Shown: positions 11,884 to 21,835 of the stretch, piece by piece
Layout: the number at the start of each line of letters is the position of its first letter
Numbering within the stretch: position 1 is the first letter of the stretch
From: an uncultured delta proteobacterium
Lineage (GTDB): Bacteria; Desulfobacterota; RBG-13-43-22
Assembly (NCBI GenBank): GCA_963802945.1
Contig: CAWDKY010000017.1
Location: 160,001 to 224,000 of the forward strand
Direction of reading: 5' to 3'
DNA length: 64,000 bases
The notes under the pieces: generated by a model
What the model was told of the DNA's origin: nothing
The model's input: the letters and a program-made list of their open reading frames with translations, nothing else
Databases searched by the model: none
Translations under genes and position numbers: made by a program

Positions 11884-12330
11884 TCATACTCCAGTTGAAA
11901 GGTTGATTTCCAATAAAGCCTTCCGAATTTCTTCAGGAATCAAAAATTCCATCTCCATTTTCGGTAAGAGAAGGGCCACTTGTTCACTTTGGCCCTTGGC
12001 ACAAACCAATCCATTGGACAGCAGATTTATCTCAAATTTTAAGACCATCTTAATTCTCGCTTCCTTAAGGATGGCGGTGCAGACGAATTCGTCGTCCAGC
12101 CTTAACGGATGAATATGTTTGATCGTGGAGCGGATGACCGGGAAAACATAACCTGTTTTTTTCGCATAGTCCAGCAAATCCAACCCCTGTTTCTTAAAAA
12201 GGGCCTGTCGGGCCACCTCGAAATATTTAAAGTAATTTCCATTCCAGACGAACTGCATGATATCGACATCATAATAAGGCACTTTCATCTGGACACTGGT
12301 CGAAACGGATTGAAGCATTTCCTTTTCCAA
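11884..12330 (-). CDS. Acyl-CoA/acyl-ACP thioesterase (4HBT/YbgC hotdog fold)
   Basis: VPYYDVDIMQFVWNGNYFKYFEVAR. Confidence 0.88.
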   Translation of the reverse strand: MEKEMLQSVSTSVQMKVPYYDVDIMQFVWNGNYFKYFEVARQALFKKQGLDLLDYAKKTGYVFPVIRSTIKHIHPLRLDDEFVCTAILKEARIKMVLKFEINLLSNGLVCAKGQSEQVALLLPKMEMEFLIPEEIRKALLEINLSTGV

Positions 12331-12553
12331 TTATGATTATGAAAGCTTTTTAGTTTGTTTCTTCTCCCAATTAGTTGGTTGAAAGGGGTCGAGGATTCAA
12401 GGGTTCAAGTGACCTAGAGTTTCCAACTTTGCTAATGATAGCCCTTTATTTTTTAATTGAAGGCCGCCACAATGTCAAGGATCATATTCGGATTGACTAG
12501 GATAGTGTCATTTTATATTATTTTGGTAATTTTCTCTAGGAAAGCTGAAGATT

Positions 12554-13252
12554 TTGTCTGCAACAAATTTAGGCTCTAATTCCATAACGGATGGGCCTCC
12601 CGTCTCCTGGTCGGGGATCGAGCAATTTCGATCAGCCTGTCTAGGAATGGTGATCCTCGATAGAGAAACCCTTTTCCCCATGGAAGACCATCTGTTCACT
12701 TCCCGTGAATTGGGCAAGGCCTCAAGGATAGGGCCACGAAGACGGAAAAGTTTCTTTGCCGCCAGGATAGCCCTGAAGAATTTATCCCGCCAACTTGGCC
12801 TTGTTGGGGAAAACAGACCGGACCGGACTATTGAAACCCTGGGTCTAGATGACTTAAGTCCTTGCTTGGCTGAAAGCGATTTATATTGCTCTGTCTCCCA
12901 CAGTTCCAGGTTCGTTGTCGCCGTTGCCCACCGCTATCCGGTTGGTGTGGATATCGAGGCGGTTACCGATAAGATCGTCAGGATTCAGCACCTTTTTCTA
13001 TCGATGGGTGAAAAACAATTGATTTCGCAGTCCGGTCTTGATTTTACGCAAGCCGCAACTCGGGTATGGACTGCCAAGGAGGCGGCGGCCAAAGCCCTGG
13101 GGCTGCACCTTTTTCAGGCCATTCGAGAGATCGAGGTGGTCAAAGTGGGAAAGGAAGCCGGTGTATTGAGATATCAGGGTAAGAAATACCCAGTAGGACA
13201 TGGCGAAGGAAATGGGCAGGTGATTTCATTAATCACCTGTGATGATTCTTGA
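12554..13252 (+). CDS. 4'-phosphopantetheinyl transferase (Sfp type)
   Basis: SVSHS, VGVDIE, RVWTAKEAAAKALG. Confidence 0.88.
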   Translation: MSATNLGSNSITDGPPVSWSGIEQFRSACLGMVILDRETLFPMEDHLFTSRELGKASRIGPRRRKSFFAARIALKNLSRQLGLVGENRPDRTIETLGLDDLSPCLAESDLYCSVSHSSRFVVAVAHRYPVGVDIEAVTDKIVRIQHLFLSMGEKQLISQSGLDFTQAATRVWTAKEAAAKALGLHLFQAIREIEVVKVGKEAGVLRYQGKKYPVGHGEGNGQVISLITCDDS

Positions 13253-13337
13253 AAATTTCCTGCCCATCTTTTCGGCCAGACCCAAGGCCCTTTAGGTTAG
13301 GGCACGAATGATGGTTTCAAGCATTCTGATCGACTTC

Positions 13338-15059
13338 TCATGGGGTTTCGGGAAGAAAGGCCATACCCCAAGCACCCGGCCCCATATGGGCTGCGGAGGT
13401 GAGCGAAAGGAGTTGTAAAAAAACTTCCATTGAAGGAAACCTGCGTTCTATCTCCGGTTTGATCTCTTTTTCCAGCCAGTCCCTGTTGTCCGAGTATTCG
13501 AGAAGCAGGGTGAATTTCTGGTCTTTGGGAATTTCTTGCTCCAAAAAACGGAAGGCAAATTTGACCTGATCCTGAGTGCTTCTCACCACCCCCATCTTTC
13601 GCGCCCCATCCGGAAAGGGGCTGACGATGGGTTTAATGTGAAGGACATCCCCAAAAAAGGCGCCGGTTCTGGACATGCGTCCGCCAGCGGCCAGGAATTG
13701 CAATTTGTCCAGGAATATATATTCCTGCACCTCTTGAACAGCTTTTTCGGCAAAGGCTACGACCTCCGCAGGATTTCTGACTTGAAGGGCCAGTTCGGCC
13801 GAGGCCTTTGCTACCAATCCGAGTTTCCCAGAGGCCACGCCGGTGTCAATGACGATCATTCGGTTTTCTGGGTCATGGTCGGCCTTCCATTTCATAACGG
13901 CCTGATAATTCCCAGTATAGAAAGAGCCGACGCAGAGGTAAAGTACCTGATCATAGGTCTTCATGACCCTATGATAACACTCCAGGCGTTCGGCATCCGA
14001 AGCCTGGCTTGTGGAAACCTTGGCCCCGTTTTTCATGGCCGCAAAGAGTTGGGAGGCGTTTACAAAGGTTTCAGGAAGACAGAGCTGGTCCACGGTGATG
14101 TAACTGTTCAGCAGTGTGATGCCCAGTTCTTGAGCCAGGTCCCGGGTTATAGAACCGGCGCCGTCGGTCATGATATGGATGCACTGGTTTTTTCTGGGCT
14201 CATGGAACCGCAGGGTCTGTTCGGCCAGATCATCTTCGGACCAACTGATGATGGAGCCCAGGGCTGCCAGTTCTTGCCTGGCCCTTATCCGGTCCGGGGC
14301 GTGGAGATGTATCTTCAACCAATCTCCCCCGGGCATGGCCACCAATGATTCACCCATTCCTGACATCTGTTTCATCACCTCTTGCTCATTGCCTTCCACC
14401 TTGAGCACCACATCCAGGCAGTAGCCTTGATAAGTCCGGTCCTGCCAAGCGGAAGAAAGTTGGAGGACTTCCTTAAGTTCGTCGATGAACAGGGACTGCT
14501 CCACCACTTGACCGGCCAGGATGTTCAACAAGGGATCGAGAAAGACCAACATACCCAGAGCCCCCGCATCGACCACCCCGGCTTCCTTGAGTTCGGGCAA
14601 TTGTTCGGTGGTTAGTTTTACCGCCTCTTCCAGATCGTGGATAACCGCTTGCACCCACTTTCCTGAATCTTCAGGATGGGTTTTCTTCAGAGAAATCACC
14701 AGGGCATCAAAGAGAGAAAGCATGGTTCCCTGTTTAGGATTGGAAACGGCCTGGTAAGCCGAATCGCGGCCCGTTTCGGCCGATACGGCCAAGGTGTCAA
14801 GGGTGTGGCACTGGAGAAACCCGGAGAGAAACCGGGCGGCGATGTTGCCGGAGTTTCCCCTGGCCGAGAGCAGGACCTCACGGATTAATGTCTCCGGTGA
14901 CCCAGCATTGTTCTTCAAGGCGCTCAACGTAATGACAAGATTCCGACCCGTATCCCCATCCGGTACTGGATAGACATTGATCTGATCAAGAATATCGGCC
15001 CAGGCCACAATCCTTTCATAGCCAGCGGCCAGGGCCTTCATCATAAGTTCATCATTCAT
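13338..15059 (-). CDS. DAK2 (FakA-like) - DegV (FakB-like) fusion protein
   Basis: N-terminal INVYPVPDGDTGRNL, ARGNSG, GVVDAGA; C-terminal DegV motifs STSQAS, VIDTG, LAAGGR, HMGPGA. Confidence 0.88.
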   Translation of the reverse strand: MNDELMMKALAAGYERIVAWADILDQINVYPVPDGDTGRNLVITLSALKNNAGSPETLIREVLLSARGNSGNIAARFLSGFLQCHTLDTLAVSAETGRDSAYQAVSNPKQGTMLSLFDALVISLKKTHPEDSGKWVQAVIHDLEEAVKLTTEQLPELKEAGVVDAGALGMLVFLDPLLNILAGQVVEQSLFIDELKEVLQLSSAWQDRTYQGYCLDVVLKVEGNEQEVMKQMSGMGESLVAMPGGDWLKIHLHAPDRIRARQELAALGSIISWSEDDLAEQTLRFHEPRKNQCIHIMTDGAGSITRDLAQELGITLLNSYITVDQLCLPETFVNASQLFAAMKNGAKVSTSQASDAERLECYHRVMKTYDQVLYLCVGSFYTGNYQAVMKWKADHDPENRMIVIDTGVASGKLGLVAKASAELALQVRNPAEVVAFAEKAVQEVQEYIFLDKLQFLAAGGRMSRTGAFFGDVLHIKPIVSPFPDGARKMGVVRSTQDQVKFAFRFLEQEIPKDQKFTLLLEYSDNRDWLEKEIKPEIERRFPSMEVFLQLLSLTSAAHMGPGAWGMAFLPETP

Positions 15060-15098
15060 TTTGATTTCGTTAACTCCATTCGTTTTCTGGATTGGACC

Positions 15099-16010
15099 TC
15101 AAAGACCGGCAGATGGTTTTCTTAAGTCGGCCGGAAGAGGTTGGAAAAAAGGTTCAAAGATGTACCACTGAAAAGGATGGCGGCGGACCATCTCCTCTAA
15201 GGCCTCAGCGTAGGCCTGGGCGCTCTCCTGAAGGACTTTGTCCCTTTCAGAATGGGAAGAGGCCTTCACCTGTCTGGGAGGAAGGACAATGACCTGATGC
15301 CTTCCTCGTTTAACCCGAAAGGTGAATAGAATGAAGAGAGGCGCCCCTGAGATCATAGCCAGCAGATAGGGACCTGAGGCCAGGGCTACATCTCGGCCAA
15401 AAAATTTCACCGGGAGAAGTGAGCGCTGTTCGGTCCAGATCAGATCACCGGCCAGGGAAACGAATCCCCCTTCCCTGATAAACTTGATCGCCTCCAGCCC
15501 TCCCATGAGAGAATCTCCCTGTTCCCTAGCCACCTGAATGGTGATCCCCCGGTCCTTTAAGGTCTGGCGCTGATCCCGAGCCACCAGCCTGGCCTCCTTT
15601 TCACCCATGATCAGGAGGAGCTTAAGTCCATATTTCTGAAAGCCTCTGGCCGCAATTTCATAACTGCCCAAATGGGACATGAGGATAATCCCTCCGGTAC
15701 CCCTTTTATTCGCCTCTAATATCCCTTCCTTCCCTTCCGTTGATGTGTAGACCCTTTTTTCGCTCTCAATATCAATCCGGTCCCCGTAAGTGGCGGCAAA
15801 GGAATGAAACTGGCGCCAGGCGCAATAAAGATGATACCATCCCCTTCGATCAGGAAAGATAGCCTGGTAGAGCTGGACACTGAGTTTCCTCCTGGAGGAG
15901 TAAAAGAAAAAGTATCCTGTGGACACCCACCAGGCGAAAAACCGAAGGGGCCGGGAGCCCAGAAGCAAGGCAACTCCGGTGACCGTTTTGAAAAGTAAGG
16001 TCTTTATCAT
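15099..16010 (-). CDS. Lysophospholipid / lipid A (LpxL-like) acyltransferase
   Basis: SHLGSYE, VKFFGR, HPFQWYIF. Confidence 0.85.
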   Translation of the reverse strand: MIKTLLFKTVTGVALLLGSRPLRFFAWWVSTGYFFFYSSRRKLSVQLYQAIFPDRRGWYHLYCAWRQFHSFAATYGDRIDIESEKRVYTSTEGKEGILEANKRGTGGIILMSHLGSYEIAARGFQKYGLKLLLIMGEKEARLVARDQRQTLKDRGITIQVAREQGDSLMGGLEAIKFIREGGFVSLAGDLIWTEQRSLLPVKFFGRDVALASGPYLLAMISGAPLFILFTFRVKRGRHQVIVLPPRQVKASSHSERDKVLQESAQAYAEALEEMVRRHPFQWYIFEPFFQPLPADLRKPSAGL

Positions 16011-16015
16011 TCTCT

Positions 16016-17655
16016 CTAACCGGCCTTAATCTCTTGCCTTAAGATCCTCTTCAAGATCTTTCCTGCCGGATCCCTGGGAATTTCCCGCCGGATAAGGATG
16101 GTCTTAGGCACCCGATAATCAGGCATATTTTCTTTGCAGTACTTTAGAAATTCCTCTTTACCCCCTTCCAGACCTTCTTTCAAGGCGATCACCGCCGCGA
16201 TTGCCTGCCCTTTGATCCGGTCAGGGACTCCGATTACGGCAACGTCCTTGACCTTGGGGTGCTTTTCCAGGACGGCTTCGATCTGACTGGGGTAGATGTT
16301 GAATCCACTGGAGATGATCAAGTCATCTTTCCGGTCCACCAGGTAGAAATATCCCTTTTCATCCATTCGAGCCAAGTCCTTGGTGTACAGCCATCCGTTA
16401 CGCAAAGCCGATGAGGTGAGTTCCTTGTTATTCCAATAGCCCTGCATAATCTGAGGCCCTTTCACCACCAGTTCGCCGATTTCACCCACCGGGCACATTC
16501 TCTCTGACCTGTTTCTATGTCCATGATCCTGACCTCCGTGTCCGGTGAGGGTAACCCAATGGAGCCTCGGGGTCCGCCGCTGGGTGAAGGCGTGAAGTGG
16601 GTGGCCCCGGAGGCCTCCGAGAGCCCATAGGCCTCGATGATCTTCCTGCCGGTGAGTTTTTCATAACGGTCATGGACCCAGGAAGGGAGGGGTGCCCCTC
16701 CGCTGGTAGCCACCTGAACGGAAGAGAGCTGGGGCCCGGCAACTTCCGGAGGAAGGGACAAGATGGCCGCCCATAAACTGGGTACGACCGGGAAGGAAAT
16801 GGGCCGGTAATGCTCATTGGTTTTCATCAAAGAGAGGATGTCCATCGGGTCAATCCTAGGGAGGAGTATCATCCGGTATCCTTTATATACGGAAACGAGG
16901 AGACAAGCCGACATCCCGAAAACGTGGAAGAAAGGAATCACACACAGGACCGCTGCATTCCCGGCTTTCTGTTCTCCCATCCAGGCATCGGACTGGAGTA
17001 CACTGGCAACGATATTGAAGTGGGTCAGGGTAGCCGCCTTGGGCACTCCGGTGGAACCGCTGGAATACTGAAGCACTGCCACATCTTTGGAAGAGACCTG
17101 AACCCCCGGCTCTTCTGCCATATTGACTGAGGACAGGACCTCTTGGAATATCTGAGGTTGAGGGACCCCTTTTTCCAGGGGGATTTTCTTTTCCAGCCCG
17201 AATATGGAGTGAAGAATGATGGTTTTCACCCCGGTTTTAGTAATCACCAGATAAAGATTCTGAGCGAATAGGTCCAGGGTGACGACCATCTTGGCACCGG
17301 AGTCGTTCAAACAGCGGATAAGTTCTTCTCCCTGAATCCCGACACTCATATTGACCACAATAGCCCCCAGCTTTAGGGCGGCAAAAAAGGCGATCACATA
17401 GGTAGGGGAGTTCACTAAAAGAAAGGCGATTCGATCTCCTTTTTCCAACCCGCGCTTCCGGAGGGCCTGGGCCAACTGGTTCACCCTCTCGTTCAGGTCC
17501 CTGTAAGTCATGTCGATCTCGTTGAAAGTGATGGCCGTATAATCAGGATGGTTGGCCACCGTGTCCAGAAGGAATTGTTGGATGGAAATCTCCGGGTAAG
17601 CAATGGAATGGGGGACATGTCTTTCATATTGTTTAAGCCATGGCTTGTCTCTCAT
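16016..17655 (-). CDS. Long-chain fatty acid--CoA/ACP ligase, frameshifted near 16500
   Basis: YSSGSTGVPK, EAYGLSE, GELVVKGPQIMQGYW, DRKDDLI, GKILKR. Confidence 0.85.
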
Positions 17656-17815
17656 TGATGGATCTTCCTCCCGGGGATAGGTTTTATCTAAAAAATTTTT
17701 TTGGTTATTTTTTAACAACAGGCTCATACGGACCCCAGGATGCCAAGTCTGTCTTTGTCTGTGGGGAGTGGTGCTTAACTCTTTTTTCCACCTTATTTAA
17801 GGAATGAATCTTCTA

Positions 17816-18076
17816 TCACTTTTTCCGGTTGGCTTCAATGTATTCAGCTAGGGAGGAAAGGGTAATGAAGACCTTCTCGCCCAAGTCCTTACTGAAGATC
17901 TCAACCCCGTAATCCCTTTCAACCAGGACCACCAGGACCAATAGATCCACGGAAGCCAGCCCCAGACCTCCATCAAAGAAAGGGGTATCATCGACCAGTT
18001 CATCCGGATTCACATCCTCGAGCTGGAGCTCTTCCACGATTTTTTCTTTGAGTTCTTGCAGGAGTTGTTTCCTCAT
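17816..18076 (-). CDS. Acyl carrier protein (aryl-polyene/type II PKS-associated type)
   Basis: Acidic 86 aa, DDTPFFDGGLGLASVDLL with the attachment Ser retained, TLSSLAEYI. Confidence 0.85.
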   Translation of the reverse strand: MRKQLLQELKEKIVEELQLEDVNPDELVDDTPFFDGGLGLASVDLLVLVVLVERDYGVEIFSKDLGEKVFITLSSLAEYIEANRKK

Positions 18077-18099
18077 TTTCCCTTTATAAGTGGACCTCT

Positions 18100-18249
18100 A
18101 TCCGAAAATGTCTTTCTTTGGATTCAAATTCCTCGTTAAGTAGTCTACAACACCCTAGGCGGTTCCGATCGTTCTAAATTCTTTCTCGATAATAGGCAGG
18201 CCGATCTCGGATACCATCGCAGCCAATCCAATGCGTCAATACTGTCCAT
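18100..18249 (-). pseudogene. Degenerate second ACP fragment
   Basis: Minus strand reads MDSIDALD, then after a frameshift SEIGLPIIEKEFRTIGTA*GVVDYL, resembling the ACP helix II-IV region. Confidence 0.5.
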
Positions 18250-18374
18250 GGCACTGCTTTCTTATACTAAAATCAATTTTTTTTATCAAATATTTTTCCA
18301 TGTGAAATAATATATAGGCTGAGGCTCTATCTTCGGAAGGGGAAGAAGGCAGAGTTAACAAAGAGAGTATAATC

Positions 18375-19634
18375 TTATTTTTCAACCCGGCCGAATTTTC
18401 GGGCGCCCTTGCTCTTCCATCGGCGGAAGGTCCCGTCGGCCATTTCCTTGGCAACAACCCGCTTGAACAGTTCGAACATCCGATAGGACTGGGATTTTTC
18501 GCGGTAGAAGATTTCCCAGGACTGGTCATATAATTCCTGAAGGCGCTCCGGACTCATGTGTTTGGGCTGGAAGACGACCTTGTCACAGGTATAGTCGTCC
18601 CAATTAAAGGAAAGAATCCGCCCTTCCTGAAGCAAATCACTAAAGGCCCGCGTGTGGGGGAAAGGGGTCAGGACGGTAAATTCCGCCAAGTCCAATTCGA
18701 TCTCCAGGAGGAAGTCGAACAAACGGCGGATATACTCCTCCGTATGGTGGTCGAGTCCCAGGAGGATGGTTCCTTCAACACCGATACCGAAATCGTGGTA
18801 GTGCTTAATCCGGTTGCGGATGAAGTCCGAGGTATCGAAGATCGCCTGATAGACGTACCAGGCCCCGGCCTGGGCCGCTAGATTGAGGACCTCATCATCG
18901 TCCTCGATGGGGTGGGAACACCATTTCTTTTTTAAAGGAATCATCTCCCGGAAAAGCTGCTTTTCCCAGGCTTTGTCCTGAGCCAGGGAATTATCAACGA
19001 TGAAAAGGCGGTTATTGTCTATGGCGTCCAGTTCCTCCACGACCTTCTCCATGGGGCGGGGCCGAAACTTGCGTCCTCCGAGGAAGCTGACACAGCAGGG
19101 ATAGCAGTTAAACCGGCAACCTCGTGAGGCGTGGAAAAGATCGACCATCTGGAGACCTTTGAAATTGTAAAGCTCCCGCTTCAGGATGTCCCGCCGGGCC
19201 GTGCCGACCGAAGCGATGGGAGGAAAATCCGTCAGAAAATTGTAGACCTTTCGAAGACGGTTATTCCGGAAATCATCAAAGACCTGCTCCATCCGTCCTT
19301 CCGCTTCCCCAAGGAAGACGGCGTCGCTGTGCTGGGAAGTCTCTTCGGCATGAAGCATCGTTGCAATGCCGCCGCAAATGACCGGTACCCCCTTTTTCCG
19401 GTATTCATCGGCGATTTCCCAACCCCGCTTAACCTGGCTGGTCAGCATCAAAGAGATCCCGACCATATCCTCCGAATCGTTAATATCGATAGTCTCCAGA
19501 TTTTCATCGACGAATTCGATTTCCACCTCTTGGGGTATTGTGGCGGCAAAGACCACGGGGCCGTGAGGGGGAAGATGGAATTCGGTCTGGCCCTTAAGCT
19601 TCTTCCATTTAGGATAAATAAGTTTAAATTTCAT
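18375..19634 (-). CDS. Cobalamin-binding radical SAM enzyme
   Basis: N-terminal B12-binding-like region (GGIATM), SRGCRFNCYPC CxxxCxxC, LTPFPHT. Confidence 0.88.
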   Translation of the reverse strand: MKFKLIYPKWKKLKGQTEFHLPPHGPVVFAATIPQEVEIEFVDENLETIDINDSEDMVGISLMLTSQVKRGWEIADEYRKKGVPVICGGIATMLHAEETSQHSDAVFLGEAEGRMEQVFDDFRNNRLRKVYNFLTDFPPIASVGTARRDILKRELYNFKGLQMVDLFHASRGCRFNCYPCCVSFLGGRKFRPRPMEKVVEELDAIDNNRLFIVDNSLAQDKAWEKQLFREMIPLKKKWCSHPIEDDDEVLNLAAQAGAWYVYQAIFDTSDFIRNRIKHYHDFGIGVEGTILLGLDHHTEEYIRRLFDFLLEIELDLAEFTVLTPFPHTRAFSDLLQEGRILSFNWDDYTCDKVVFQPKHMSPERLQELYDQSWEIFYREKSQSYRMFELFKRVVAKEMADGTFRRWKSKGARKFGRVEK

Positions 19635-19754
19635 GAAAAAAAAGTATCATAGCCGAGGGGCCAGGTCAACCCTTTAGCGAATTTTCAAGACTGAACTATG
19701 ACCTGGTCCAAAGGACCAGGGTTTCTATGCCCAACTAAATCATATTTCCATTCT

Positions 19755-19839
19755 TGTCATTCCGTGCAAGCATAGCGCGACACGGAATCCAGTGTCTTCA
19801 TTTAGTTAGTTCTGGATGCCGGCTTTCGCCGGCATGACG
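19755..19839. repeat. REP-like palindromic doublet (GTCATTCC...GGAATCCAG...CTGGATGCCGG...CCGGCATGAC)
   Basis: Two stem-loops with shared termini; related copies at 23447, 36534 and 42155. Confidence 0.75.
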
Positions 19840-19903
19840 GCATAGCTACATTTATCTTCAATAACAATCCAGCCTTTTAATGATGGTGTTCGTAACCAAT
19901 TCA

Positions 19904-20497
19904 TTATTTTTCAAAACCTGTTTCCTTTGCTGCTGGTTTCTTTAAACCCTCAATGTTGGATTTATGGGCCAGGAAGATTAAAACCAGAGTCAAACCAGCA
20001 GCGATAACCACCGGCCATGCCCAAGAGTAATGCATCATGGTTCCCACACCCAAAACCGTAATCATAAAAAACGATCCGATGAAGGTTACACGGAACAACC
20101 CATAAACCAGGACCCAAACTAGGCAAGCAATTCCGGTTGAAACAGGGGAGATCAACGCGGTAAACCCCAGATAGCCGGCCACCCCCTTTCCACCGCGAAA
20201 TCCGTGAAACAAAGGCTTTTGGTTCCCAACCACGAGGGCCAGACCTAGTAAAGGCACTAAGGGAGCAGGCAGAAACCAAACCCCGCATTGGGCGACGGCT
20301 GCAGCGCGGCCGACATCGAGAAGGAGGATCACCAGGCCCCAGGGTTTGCCCAGTAGCCTAGTGACGTTCGTTGTTCCGGCATTGCCGCTGAAATAGCTTC
20401 TTGGGTCACCTTTATCGAGGATCCCAAATAGAAGGATGGAAAAGTTGATCGAGGCGGCCAGATAGGTCAACAGGATCAATAGGATTAAATTCCCCAT
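19904..20497 (-). CDS. plsY: Glycerol-3-phosphate acyltransferase (acyl-phosphate dependent)
   Basis: DPRSYFSGNAGTTNVTR, FRGGKGVA, HKSNI. Confidence 0.88.
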   Translation of the reverse strand: MGNLILLILLTYLAASINFSILLFGILDKGDPRSYFSGNAGTTNVTRLLGKPWGLVILLLDVGRAAAVAQCGVWFLPAPLVPLLGLALVVGNQKPLFHGFRGGKGVAGYLGFTALISPVSTGIACLVWVLVYGLFRVTFIGSFFMITVLGVGTMMHYSWAWPVVIAAGLTLVLIFLAHKSNIEGLKKPAAKETGFEK

Positions 20498-20596
20498 TTA
20501 TTCCTCCGCTCCGGATAACAAAAGATTTTATGCCCCCGGCCTAAGCCGATGTTAGGGCTGTCCCTGGTCAGGTCTCTCTGAACGGCCCGCGGTTCT

Positions 20597-21805
20597 TTAG
20601 GCATTGATAACGGACTTTTCCTTTTTCAGAGAGAAGGTGGCGACATAGATTAGGCTGCCGATTAAGACCCCGAAAAGAGGGCCAAGGACAAGGCTGCCGA
20701 TGATCCACTCAAAGATCCTTTCTAATGCCTGATATCCGAGGGTGTTCAGGGAAATCTCCGTGAGGAACTTCCCGTGACGAATATAATACCCCGCTTCGAT
20801 ACAGAGGGCCGGCACAACAGGGTGATAACACAGTTGGCTGGCAACTAGGGCCACATATTTGTTGAGGCGAAAATAACTGGCTGTAATGAGGATGGTCAGA
20901 GTCCAAAAACCGATCAGTGGGAGAGTACCGAGAAGCACCCCGAAACCGGCCGAAATCGCCAATTGCGACTGTGAGATTTTTCTCCTAAGGAAGATTCTCA
21001 AAGACTGCAAGGGGTAGCGGATGGTTATCTTTTCCGGTTCGTTTTCAAAGGGCATAAATTGTCTCGACGGTATGGGGGCAATGGCCATTATTGTCAGGCG
21101 CATGTTGAGCACTGCCCGGGCCAGGGTATCCCTGAAAAAACGGAAATGAGATATATGCTCACCGGGTGGTGGATAGTATACCGAAACATCCACCTCTTGG
21201 AATTGAATTCCCGCCCAGGCTGCCTTTACTAGGATTTCCTTCTCAAAGGAATATCCTTTATCGTGGAGCTCCAACCAGGCCAGGACGGCAACCGGATAGG
21301 CTCGAAAGCTGCATTGGGTGTCTTTCAGGGAACTGCCGGTCTGAACCCTGAACCAAAAGTTGGAGAAGTGTCTATAGAACCGGGACGAGAAGGGAATCCT
21401 TGTGTTTTTTAAGATCCTTTTCCCCACCACAATCGCCAGGGGATTTTCCTGAATCATAGGAAGGAATTTGGAAAAATCCGCCGGGTCATATTGCCCGTCG
21501 GCATCCAGGGTAATCATATGGGTCATCCCAAGCCTTCCGGCTTCCTTGGCCGCTGTAAGGATCGCCGCCCCTTTGCCTCTATTTTTCTCATGCCGAACCA
21601 GATGGATAGGAAGGCCTTTGATAACTTCTGCGCTGTCGTCGGTGCTGCCGTCATCTAGAACCAGCACATCGCTCCAGACACTGAGCGCCCGGACAACCAC
21701 ATTCCGGAGTGAACCAGCGTGGTTGTAAACGGGGATAACTATCAGGGGCCTTATTTTCTTGCTTTCTGATCCGTTCATCGTATTTTTTCTGATATTGGGG
21801 AGCAA
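20597..21805 (-). CDS. Family 2 glycosyltransferase fused to a DUF2062-like membrane domain
   Basis: IVIPVYNH, DDGSTD, NRGKGAA, DADGQY, DTQCSFRAYP; hydrophobic C-terminus. Confidence 0.85.
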   Translation of the reverse strand: MLPNIRKNTMNGSESKKIRPLIVIPVYNHAGSLRNVVVRALSVWSDVLVLDDGSTDDSAEVIKGLPIHLVRHEKNRGKGAAILTAAKEAGRLGMTHMITLDADGQYDPADFSKFLPMIQENPLAIVVGKRILKNTRIPFSSRFYRHFSNFWFRVQTGSSLKDTQCSFRAYPVAVLAWLELHDKGYSFEKEILVKAAWAGIQFQEVDVSVYYPPPGEHISHFRFFRDTLARAVLNMRLTIMAIAPIPSRQFMPFENEPEKITIRYPLQSLRIFLRRKISQSQLAISAGFGVLLGTLPLIGFWTLTILITASYFRLNKYVALVASQLCYHPVVPALCIEAGYYIRHGKFLTEISLNTLGYQALERIFEWIIGSLVLGPLFGVLIGSLIYVATFSLKKEKSVINA

Positions 21806-21835
21806 GGACGTTTCTTCAGGGAACTAGAACAAAAG

